Shown here one piece after another: positions 55,794-64,000 of a DNA stretch of 64,000 nucleotides. The notes under the pieces were generated by a model, which ran no database searches, was not told where the DNA came from, and saw only the letters and a list, made by a program, of their open reading frames with translations. Every line of letters begins with the position of its first letter. Position 1 is the first letter of the stretch. The DNA is taken from the NCBI GenBank assembly GCA_963806035.1, contig CAWDWO010000039.1, forward strand, positions 32,001 to 96,000. The letters are read 5' to 3'. The position numbers and the translations under genes were made by a program. This DNA is from Candidatus Krumholzibacteriota bacterium. Lineage in GTDB: Bacteria; Krumholzibacteriota; Krumholzibacteriia; JAJRXK01.

Positions 55794-58766
55794 ATGAAGC
55801 ACAGCGGTGGTACGCAACGCGAAGCACGCTCTTGGTTCGAGCGGAACTTCGCCAAATCGTCCCAAGATGGATTCACGCTCATAGAATTGGCTGTCACCAT
55901 GGTGGCATTCGCCGTGATCATGATCGTGGCGTTTGGCGTCATGGGGAAGCTCAACCAGGCCGGTATGGGCAACGAGGTCTTTGCCCGCACCCAGGCGGCA
56001 GCTCGCGCGGCGAGTGACGAGGTCGAGAAAGACCTGCGCGCGGCCGGCGTGGACGTCGATTTCAGTCGCGGTCAAGAGCGATTCGTCTATGCCGACGCCT
56101 ATCAAATCGCATTCAACGCCGATCTGAGCCCCACAGTGGATCCCAACGGTACGGCGGCGCCGGCGGCGCTTCACGTGGGAAACATTCCCGCGCAGCTCAC
56201 GCCTCTGTTCACGCCGACCACGACCTACAATACGGGCGCGGAGACCATCGTCTACACCCTCGATTCGACCGCTGACGGCGTGATCGACGGGGCGGACGAA
56301 GTTGACGATGGCGAGGAGAATACCCCGAACCCGCACGACATGATGCTCTATCGACGGGTCTTCGGCTGGGACGGCAATGCCAACACCATGCAGGAACGCC
56401 AAGTCGCGCTCGTGCGTGGACCCGATGCCAACTCCCAAGGCGAGTTCCCCCAGCCCCTGTTCGCCTATTTGATCGATTCGGACGACGATCGCAGCACGCC
56501 ACCCGTTCTGCACGGTGATGCCGACGGCGATGGCACGCTCAGCAATGCAGAGATTGCCGCGCTCACGCCGCTCACTCAGCCCGAGCGTGCTCGCCTCGAG
56601 CGCATCGTTTTGACGGTGACGGGCGAATCGGAGCGGACCGACGCTCACACCCAGTCCAACGATGGGTACAATAGGGTGGTCTTGCGCAGTGAAGTGATGG
56701 TGCGCCATACACCTCGCACTAGCGGATTGGTGTACGGAACCGTCTTCCAGGATACCGACGGCAACAGAGTCCAGGATGCGGGAGAGGGTGGAATCGGCGG
56801 AGTCACGGTGCGCTCCAGCGTGGGAACCATCGCACGCACCGACCTCAGCGGGGCCTATCGCCTCGTTCTCACCCCGGGCTTCCAGACGATCACCGAGGTC
56901 GATCCCGCGGGATATATCTCAAGCACTCCGAACACCATCAACATCGACGTCATTCCTGGTTCCTATTCACGCCTGGACTTCGGCGACCGTTCACCGAGCG
57001 GCTCGGCTTCGGTCAAGGGGATCGTGTTCGATGACGTGAATCAGAACTCGGTGATGGACGGAGACGAACTGGGTATTCCCGGCGTGACCGTGTATTCCGA
57101 TGGCGGCGAAACGACGGTAACCGATGCCAACGGTTCCTACACCCTGACCGTGCCGGTGGGAAACCGGACGATCACGGAGACCGACCTTCAAGGATACACT
57201 TCGACGACCACGAACACGGTCGATATCGTGCTGAGCACCGACGGACAGGTCGAGGTTTTGAACTTCGGAGACTATCTCCTGAAGGACTCGGGCACGATCG
57301 AAGGCTACGTCTACAACGACGAGAACAACAACCAGGTTCGCGATGGCTTCGAGACCGGTGTCAGCGGCGCCATGATCTACGCGGCGGGGGACAGCGTTCA
57401 GAGCGACGTCAGCGGGTATTTCTCGCTCACCGTTCCCTCGGGCACCTACGACGTCACGGAGGTTGATCCACCCGGATACACTTCGACGACCGCGAACACG
57501 CTGCGGGGAGTACAGGTAGATCCCAACGTCACCATTCAGATCTACTTCGGAGACATGGTCCAGGAGGACGTCAACTTCGACATCATCACCCTGGCCGATA
57601 CCGAACGCGCGCTGTCCCTCACCAGCGGTGACGTGGGAGAGGACAACAAGGGCGACGACGATCTCGTGTTGGGCACGCGCTCGAGCAGTGGTACCAACAA
57701 CTTGATTTTGTGGGACAACGATCGACGCAATGGCAATACGCCGAACGGGGCCATCTTCAGTTCGGTGCCCACCGCGACGCGCAATGCGGGCTCGGACGTG
57801 ATGGCAATGAGGATGATCCAGGATACGGGGAACCCCTATCTCATCCTGGGTCTCAACGGCGCCGGTTCGCCCGATATCAGCGTTTGGAGCTTCAAAAACG
57901 GCATGCCGGGGAACTCGCCCGATCAATGGTACGCGACCAACGGCGGGGAGTCGGTCCTCGACCTCCAGACCATCAACTACTACGGTGGCAGCTCTCTCGA
58001 CCTGGTGGTCGGGGTGAAGAACGCCACCATGTCGGGATCCGTGGAACTGTGGACGGGTTTGGGCGGCGGTCAGTTCTCACGCATTCCCAACGGGATCATC
58101 ACCGTGGGCGCCTCTCCGCTGGGCCTGGTGCTGGGTGAAGCGCAGGCGGCCGTGCTGCAGGACATCAACAACGATGGTCGGGCTGACCTCATCGTGGGCG
58201 CGCGTCAGACCACGACCACCAGCTCCGTAAACGTCTACCTGCGCTTTCCCGACAACAACAGCGGGATCTACTTCGAACCCTATCAGGCCTTCCCGGTCAA
58301 GGGGCTCATAACCGACATCATCGTCAAGGACATGATCGACGACGATCAGGGCCGTCCCGACATCGTCGTGGCGACCGCGACGACCGAGACGACCGGTGGC
58401 GTGTACCTGTGGACGCAACACGAAGACGGATACTTCGGATTGCCCAACGGCACCGGCCGCAGCTTTGACGACTACATGACCACCGATGGCGCTCCGATCG
58501 TGATGGAGTCGCTCAAGCTGGACAACGACGTGTTCCCCGACCTCTTGATCGGCACGAGAACTTCCAACGTCTATCAGGGCTACGTGTTGATGGCGCTTGG
58601 CTTTGGTTACTTGCCCAGTGCGGCCACGCACCTCACCGAAAATCCGATCGGTGCGGTGGTGACCATGACCACCGCCGATTTCAACAAAGACAACGCCATG
58701 GATTTCGCCGTGGGGACGCAGAATGCGGCCACACAGGGCCAAGTCGTCATCTTCTATCGCCAGTAG
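55794..58766 (+). CDS. Giant PilW-like minor pilin with three SdrD-B-like Ig repeats and an FG-GAP-like propeller
   Basis: QDG|FTLIEL; DLRAAG; three G.V(F/Y).D...N.V.D..E.G..G repeats; several D..D...DL..G(T/A) repeats. Confidence 0.85.
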   Translation: MKHSGGTQREARSWFERNFAKSSQDGFTLIELAVTMVAFAVIMIVAFGVMGKLNQAGMGNEVFARTQAAARAASDEVEKDLRAAGVDVDFSRGQERFVYADAYQIAFNADLSPTVDPNGTAAPAALHVGNIPAQLTPLFTPTTTYNTGAETIVYTLDSTADGVIDGADEVDDGEENTPNPHDMMLYRRVFGWDGNANTMQERQVALVRGPDANSQGEFPQPLFAYLIDSDDDRSTPPVLHGDADGDGTLSNAEIAALTPLTQPERARLERIVLTVTGESERTDAHTQSNDGYNRVVLRSEVMVRHTPRTSGLVYGTVFQDTDGNRVQDAGEGGIGGVTVRSSVGTIARTDLSGAYRLVLTPGFQTITEVDPAGYISSTPNTINIDVIPGSYSRLDFGDRSPSGSASVKGIVFDDVNQNSVMDGDELGIPGVTVYSDGGETTVTDANGSYTLTVPVGNRTITETDLQGYTSTTTNTVDIVLSTDGQVEVLNFGDYLLKDSGTIEGYVYNDENNNQVRDGFETGVSGAMIYAAGDSVQSDVSGYFSLTVPSGTYDVTEVDPPGYTSTTANTLRGVQVDPNVTIQIYFGDMVQEDVNFDIITLADTERALSLTSGDVGEDNKGDDDLVLGTRSSSGTNNLILWDNDRRNGNTPNGAIFSSVPTATRNAGSDVMAMRMIQDTGNPYLILGLNGAGSPDISVWSFKNGMPGNSPDQWYATNGGESVLDLQTINYYGGSSLDLVVGVKNATMSGSVELWTGLGGGQFSRIPNGIITVGASPLGLVLGEAQAAVLQDINNDGRADLIVGARQTTTTSSVNVYLRFPDNNSGIYFEPYQAFPVKGLITDIIVKDMIDDDQGRPDIVVATATTETTGGVYLWTQHEDGYFGLPNGTGRSFDDYMTTDGAPIVMESLKLDNDVFPDLLIGTRTSNVYQGYVLMALGFGYLPSAATHLTENPIGAVVTMTTADFNKDNAMDFAVGTQNAATQGQVVIFYRQ

Positions 58767-58776
58767 GGAGAGTCCA

Positions 58777-60087
58777 ATGGACACGAAGAGGAAGGCTAAT
58801 TCCCCGAGTAAAGCTTCGACAGGAGCGTTCTTGCCGCGCATCGTTCGCAACGAGGACGGGATGGCGCTCGCCATCACGATCATCCTGCTCTTGAGTCTGG
58901 CGGCAATGGCTCTGACCGCCACCCTGGTGGGGAGCACGGACCTCAAGGTGGCCGGAAATCAGCGCATGAATTCGGCCGCCCTGGATGTCGCCGAGGCGGG
59001 CGTGGCGGAGGCTCTCAACCGCATGAGCCTCACCCCGGGCACCACCGTGCCGGTGGGAGGCAACGCCGTCGACGCTTCCATTGCGGATCCCACTTTCCCG
59101 CCCAATCCGAATTGGAAGGCGCACATCTATCTGACCCCGATCGGGGCTGCGCCGGCGGCTCCTGCCGGAGAGTTCAGCACCGGTACCGTGCAGACGGCCG
59201 GCAACTATCTGCAGTATTCGGACCCCGCGGACGTCAACGAAGCGATTCTCATCGAGCACAAAACGCGCGACTTCAACGGCGACGGAGTCCCCGAAGTCGT
59301 TCTCTACGACCCCTCTCTGGTTCCTCCGGAGAATCCGAATTCGGGATCGCCGGTGGAAGTGGTGACGGCGACCGGTCACCAGGGAACAGCCAAACGCACG
59401 GTGCAGGTGGAAGCGATTCGTTTCCCCATTCATCCCAACGTCACCGCCGCGCTCAGCGCGGACGGAACGGTGGACCTGCGCGGTAACGTCACCGTGTGTG
59501 GTCACAACCACCGCATCGACACGCCGGTGGGCCGCCAGCTACCGCTCTGTTCCCCCGCCTGGGACGAAACCGTGGGACATCTGCCTGCCGTCATGACGAC
59601 GGGCTACTCCGTTGGAACGCGAGGTTCGACGGACCTGTTGGGGAGTCCCGCGGTAACCGACACCTCCTCCACGAACCATTTCTACAGCCTTTCGGAGGCT
59701 CTGGGCGTCACGCAGTCCGAGCTGAACGACATTCTCTCCAGTCCCGACCAGACAAGCGACAGCGACTCGGGTCCCTACGACGGGATCACCTACATCCAGG
59801 GTGACGCAGGCTTCAACGGGATCAACGGGCAGGGACTTCTGTATGTGACGGGGGACCTCACCCTCGCCGGTAATTTCTCCTGGGTCGGCCTGGTCTACGT
59901 GGAGGGGGAGCTGCGCAATACGGGAAACACCTGGATCCTGGGCGGGGTCATGGCGCGTGGTGACCTCCACGTCGCCGTGGACTTCGGTGCCGGAACGCCA
60001 GTGATTCTCTACAGCCAGGAAGCACTCGAGCAGGCACTGACGCGTTCCATGCGCTATGTGACCTTGGGGTGGAAGGAGATGGACTAG
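58777..60087 (+). CDS. PilX-like minor pilin
   Basis: EDG|MALAITIILLL (no Glu5), AGNQR, AEAGV; C-terminal GQGLLYVTGDL..GLVYV. Confidence 0.82.
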   Translation: MDTKRKANSPSKASTGAFLPRIVRNEDGMALAITIILLLSLAAMALTATLVGSTDLKVAGNQRMNSAALDVAEAGVAEALNRMSLTPGTTVPVGGNAVDASIADPTFPPNPNWKAHIYLTPIGAAPAAPAGEFSTGTVQTAGNYLQYSDPADVNEAILIEHKTRDFNGDGVPEVVLYDPSLVPPENPNSGSPVEVVTATGHQGTAKRTVQVEAIRFPIHPNVTAALSADGTVDLRGNVTVCGHNHRIDTPVGRQLPLCSPAWDETVGHLPAVMTTGYSVGTRGSTDLLGSPAVTDTSSTNHFYSLSEALGVTQSELNDILSSPDQTSDSDSGPYDGITYIQGDAGFNGINGQGLLYVTGDLTLAGNFSWVGLVYVEGELRNTGNTWILGGVMARGDLHVAVDFGAGTPVILYSQEALEQALTRSMRYVTLGWKEMD

Positions 60088-60593
60088 TGCGTAGCTCACG
60101 GCAGACAGCTCGTATCCAGCGCCACGGGGCGGCCGGGTTCACTTTACTGGAGATGATGGTGGCCATCGTCGTGATGGGCGTCGCCATGGCCTTCACGGCG
60201 CCCAACATCATCCAGAGCGCGCGCACGCACAAGCTGCGCAGCGCGGCCGGTGAAGTGCAAACCGCGTTGGCCAGGGCGCGTTCCACCGCCGTCACCAAGA
60301 AGGCCACGGTGCGCCTGGATTTCTTGGGGGGCGCGAATCCGCTCTACGTCGTGCGGGAAGATCTCGACAACGACGGTGTCTACGATCGTTGGACTTCGTG
60401 GTCCAGAATTCCCAGTGGCGTGCGGATGACGAACCTGAATTTCGGCGGCAACAACTTCGTGAGCTTCACCTCCAGCGGAGTGCCCTCCGCGGGGGGCACG
60501 ATCACCCTGCAGGTCGACAACGGTCAGCAGCGGGTCATTCGCCTCGCTCCGGGAAGCGGAGCCGCCACGGTCTCCACCCCGGCCAATTCCTGA
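60087..60593 (+). CDS. FimT/GspH-like minor pilin
   Basis: AAG|FTLLEMMVAIVVMG, ARSTAV, F.SSG. Confidence 0.85.
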   Translation: MRSSRQTARIQRHGAAGFTLLEMMVAIVVMGVAMAFTAPNIIQSARTHKLRSAAGEVQTALARARSTAVTKKATVRLDFLGGANPLYVVREDLDNDGVYDRWTSWSRIPSGVRMTNLNFGGNNFVSFTSSGVPSAGGTITLQVDNGQQRVIRLAPGSGAATVSTPANS

Positions 60594-60694
60594 GCCGCCG
60601 AGAGCAGCCCGAATCCGAGCTGAGGGTCCCGGCGTAGCGAAAGTAGTTGTATCTTACAACTATTAGATTCGCCAAGCGCTGAATCTCCTGCGTT

Positions 60695-61189
60695 TCATTG
60701 CGCGCTTTCCGCATCCTGCGGCGGGTGCTTTCGCTCGCTGCGTTGGCGGTCCACCCAGCGCTTGGTGGCTTTTGCCAGCGCATGCAGGCCCTCCAGGGCT
60801 GGCTCCCGCTCCTCGCTGGGAAGCAGAGTGAGGATCTCGCGACACGAGGCGCGGATGCGGCTCTCGAGCTGCAAGAACAGAGTCTCTCCGGCCGGGGTGA
60901 GTTGGACTTCGACGCGACGCCGGTCCTGCTTGGCGGCCTGGCGTGTCGCTAAGTTCTTTTTTTCCAGGCCGTCAACCACGCGGGTCAGGGTGCTCTGGGT
61001 CAGCCGCAGCTCCTCCGCCAAGACCTTCATTCCGGCCGAGCCCAGCTCCCACAGGGTCTGCAGGAGGTTCCATTGGCTCAAGCTGAGCCCGGCCTCGGCG
61101 CAGAAGAGCCGATCGCGCGCGGCGCCTCCCTGGGAGAGAGTTCGTCCGTCCTGAAGAAGACGACCACTGAGTCGAAAACTAGAAGCCAT
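60695..61189 (-). CDS. MarR-family transcriptional regulator
   Basis: LSLSQW, LAEELRLTQSTLTRVVDGLEKK, DRRRVEVQLT. Confidence 0.88.
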   Translation of the reverse strand: MASSFRLSGRLLQDGRTLSQGGAARDRLFCAEAGLSLSQWNLLQTLWELGSAGMKVLAEELRLTQSTLTRVVDGLEKKNLATRQAAKQDRRRVEVQLTPAGETLFLQLESRIRASCREILTLLPSEEREPALEGLHALAKATKRWVDRQRSERKHPPQDAESAQ

Positions 61190-61288
61190 CGAAAATCTTA
61201 ACTCCTTCGTAGATGCAACTATTGTACGTTCGTAACGGGTAAGTTCAAGGAAATCTTTCGCCTGAAGCGCTTTCTCACTCGTGGAATC

Positions 61289-61316
61289 TTGACAGCGTAG
61301 ACCGAAGCGGTACACT
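61289..61316 (+). promoter_or_regulatory. Sigma70 promoter of tRNA-Thr
   Basis: TTGACA-16 nt-TACACT. Confidence 0.55.
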
Positions 61317-61377
61317 TCTTCGTGGCGACACCACGATGCAGAAATGGCATCGGCTTCCGTCTTCCAAGTCGCATCGA

Positions 61378-61453
61378 GCTGGTGTAGCTCAGCTGGTAGA
61401 GCAGCTCACTCGTAATGAGCAGGTCTGCGGTTCGATTCCGCACACCAGCTCCA
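61378..61453 (+). tRNA. tRNA-Thr(CGT)
   Basis: Acceptor GCTGGTG/CACCAGC, anticodon arm GCTCA-CTCGTAA-TGAGC, GGTTCGATTCC, CCA. Confidence 0.96.
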
Positions 61454-61514
61454 CTCGTGATTCGAGAGTCCCTGCATGCCTCGCGGGGAGTGATGCGGTC
61501 GCGGAACGTCGTCG

Positions 61515-61551
61515 GAAGGGGCCCTGCAGCCTGGGCCCCTTCTTTCTTTTT
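61515..61551 (+). terminator. Intrinsic terminator after tRNA-Thr
   Basis: gaaggggccc...gggccccttc followed by tttcttttt. Confidence 0.75.
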
Positions 61552-61577
61552 CTCCAGGAGCGAAAGAGAGCGCACGC

Positions 61578-62922
61578 GTGGCCTTGAAGATCAGTATCTC
61601 GGGAATTCGCGGCGTGGTGGGTGAGGATCTCGATGCCGAAGTGGTTGCACGATTCGCGGCCGCCGTTGGCAACATGCTCCCGGAAGGTACAGTCGTGGTC
61701 GCGCGCGACTCACGGCCTTCGGGGCCGGCCCTGTGCCGCGCCGTCGAGCGCTGCGCTGCTCTCCACCGGGCACGACGTCATCGACGCGGGGATTCTGAGT
61801 ACACCGGGTACGGAATTGCTCGTGCAGGACACGGACGCGGTGGGTGGCATCATCATCACCGCGAGTCACAATCCGGTGCAATGGAATGCTCTGAAACTTC
61901 TCGACGCCAAGGGCCTCTTCTTTTCACAAGAAGCGATGGATGAATTGCTCGAGCGTTCCTCGCGTCCGCGGCAGCACGTACCTGCGCTCGCTCACGGTAG
62001 CTACCGTGAGGTGTTGGACGCGGACGAGCGGCACATCTCGGCCATCTGCAAGTTGGCGATGGTCGAGCCCGAGAAGATCCAGCGCGCCGGACTAAAAGCG
62101 GTGGTGGACTGCACTGAAGGCGCGGGGGGCGCAATCATGCCGCGGCTCCTGCGGCGCCTCGGCGTCGAGACGGTGGAACTCAATTGCAATCTGAGCGGTC
62201 ACTTTCCCCACGATCCCGAACCACGTCCGGAACATTTGGAAGAGCTGTGCGCCCTGGTGGCCAAAGAGAAGGCCGACCTCGGCTTCGCAGTCGATCCCGA
62301 CGTTGACCGTCTCGCGCTGGTCGACGCGGGGGGGCTGGCGGTGAGCGAGGAGCGCACCTTGGTCGTGGCCGCGGACCACGTGCTTTCGCGCAAAGCGGGT
62401 CCTTTGGTCGTCAATCTCAGCTCCACTCTGGCCCTGGACGCGGTTGCCAAGCGCCATGGGGTCCAAATCCATCGCACCGCGGTGGGGGAGGCCAATGTGG
62501 TCCAAAGGATGCTCCAGGTTTCGGCAGTCGTCGGGGGCGAGGGCAACGGCGGGGTCATTCTGCCCGAGCTGCATCCGGGCCGCGATGCGCCACTGGGCGC
62601 CGCTCTGGTGCTTTCCGCGGTGGCCGAAGCCGGTTCCCTCAGAGCCTGCCTTCAGCGCTATCCCGACACGAGTATGGTGAAGGCCAAGCTGGCGTTGCGC
62701 CCGGAAATCGACGATCCGAAGCGTTGGGAGGCCTGCCTGAAGGAACTCGGGGAAGGGGGACAGATGGACTCCACCGATGGACTCAAGTACTCTTTAGGGG
62801 ATCGCTGGGTCCACCTCCGTCGTTCCAATACGGAAAATGCTCTTCGCATCATCGCGGAGGCGGACACGATGGCTAAGGCCTCCGAAATGGTCGAGAGCGT
62901 GCGCCGGTCCCTGGATCGCTGA
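61578..62922 (+). CDS. glmM: Phosphoglucosamine mutase / phosphohexomutase, frameshifted near 61746
   Basis: SISGIRG and RDSRPSG in frame 1; TASHNP, DPDVDR, VGE, GEGNGG, RRSNTE in frame 2; upstream of glmS. Confidence 0.85.
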
Positions 62923-62963
62923 TCCAGGCGCCCGCGGGGCCGAGCCGAGAGGGGAACGATTTC

Positions 62964-64000
62964 ATGTGCGGCATCATCGCCATGGTCGGGCACAAGCCCA
63001 CCGCCAACATTCTCATTGAAGGACTCAAGCGCCTGGAATATCGCGGCTACGACAGCGCGGGAATCGCGGTGCGCAACGGTAAGGGTCTGGAGCTGCGCAA
63101 GTGCGCGGGGAAGATCAATCGCCTGGAGAGTCTGCTCGCCGAAGATCCCATCGACGGAGAGAGCGGCATCGCTCACACGCGCTGGGCCACCCATGGTCAC
63201 CCCACCCAAGAGAACGCCCATCCCCATTTCAGTTGTGATCGCAAAGTCGTGCTGGTGCACAACGGGATCATCGAGAATTACCAGGCGCTGAAGTCGAAGC
63301 TGGAGAATGTCGGCCATACCTTCGATACGGAGACCGACACCGAAGTTCTCGCGCATCTCATCGAGTACCACTACAAGGGCAAGCTGGAAATCGCCGTGCA
63401 GGAGGCGCTCAAACTGGTACGCGGGACCTACGGGATCGCCGTGATGCACCAGGACGAGCCAGGGAAGGTCGTGGGGGCGCGCAACGGAAGTCCCCTGGTC
63501 GTGGGCCTGGGCGATGACGAGTATTTCGTGGCCAGCGACGTGGCGGCCATTCTGGCGCGCACCCGACAGGTGATCTACCTCGACGACGGCGAAATGGTGG
63601 TCATCACCGCCTCCGGCTACCACACCATGGACATCGACAACAAGACGGTGGACAAGGACATCCACGAAGTGACCTGGGATCTGGATCAGATCGAGAAGGG
63701 CGGTTATCCGCACTTCATGCTGAAGGAGATCCACGAGCAAGCCCAGACGATCGCGGACACTTTCCGAGGACGGCTCCTTCCCGAGACCGGCGATGTCAAA
63801 CTGGGAGGCCTGGCCGACTTCGAGCCGCAGCTGCGCCGCTGCAAGCGCATCCTGATTTTGGCCTGCGGCACCTCCTGGCACGCCGGCCTGGTCGGCGAGT
63901 ACATGATCGAGGAGTACGCCCACATCCCGGTCGAGGTGGAATACGCCAGCGAGTTCCGCTATCGGCAACAACTCCTGGATCCCAATACCGTGGTTTTCGC
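62964..64000 (+). CDS. glmS: Glutamine--fructose-6-phosphate transaminase (partial, runs off the window)
   Basis: Manual translation MCGIIAMVG...GLKRLEYRGYDSAG, HTRWATHG, VHNGIIENY, TDTEV, GSPL, FMLKEIHEQ, ACGTS. Confidence 0.96.
   Translation, partial: MCGIIAMVGHKPTANILIEGLKRLEYRGYDSAGIAVRNGKGLELRKCAGKINRLESLLAEDPIDGESGIAHTRWATHGHPTQENAHPHFSCDRKVVLVHNGIIENYQALKSKLENVGHTFDTETDTEVLAHLIEYHYKGKLEIAVQEALKLVRGTYGIAVMHQDEPGKVVGARNGSPLVVGLGDDEYFVASDVAAILARTRQVIYLDDGEMVVITASGYHTMDIDNKTVDKDIHEVTWDLDQIEKGGYPHFMLKEIHEQAQTIADTFRGRLLPETGDVKLGGLADFEPQLRRCKRILILACGTSWHAGLVGEYMIEEYAHIPVEVEYASEFRYRQQLLDPNTVVF

Noticed and set aside
61454..62963. glmS ribozyme upstream of glmM or glmS
   Set aside because: Only 41 nt separate glmM and glmS, and no ribozyme core consensus was recognised upstream of glmM.

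Overview
GC-rich bacterial chromosomal window of about 50 CDS and 4 tRNAs (Val-TAC, Asp-GTC, Phe-GAA, Thr-CGT), mostly housekeeping and envelope genes. The organism is a diderm (Kdo transferase, GT9). The C25 peptidase with a FlgD/T9SS-type C-terminal domain, the GWxTD protein and the dockerin-like protein suggest an FCB-related lineage such as Krumholzibacteriota, Latescibacterota or Eisenbacteria (inference). Gene order: divIVA-PNP-ileS-dksA-lspA-rluD-STAS-RsbW-ruvX-mltG; tRNA-Val; a secreted-protein locus; a murQ-SBP-anmK-spoIID-nagZ peptidoglycan-recycling operon; mocA/xdhC; desaturase; rpmB; GWxTD; RsbU; ccsA-hemA-hemD; queE-queC; radical SAM; waaA/GT9; two CNNM genes; a TSP3-repeat protein; mazG; uvrA; galE; HK/RR; deacetylase plus ATP-grasp; a minor-pilin operon; MarR; glmM-glmS (glmS is cut off by the window edge). 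The best candidate for an undescribed system is at 9951-17971. It holds a dockerin-like secreted protein and three signal-peptide proteins that share a gap-free 16-aa C-terminal motif, [VI][VI][PG]xxxxS[WF]Gx[LV]Kxx[FY]. Directly downstream is a PorU/gingipain-like C25 peptidase with an intact His/Cys dyad. This suggests a C-terminal sorting and surface-display system. Other highlights are a 990-aa modular PilW-like pilin carrying SdrD-B repeats and an FG-GAP propeller, an IleRS2 with the GxHH signature, a promoter-driven structured ncRNA candidate at about 30430-30625, and a small membrane ORF that ends inside tRNA-Val. About five single-base frameshifts look like long-read assembly errors. 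No CRISPR array, integrase or transposase was seen.
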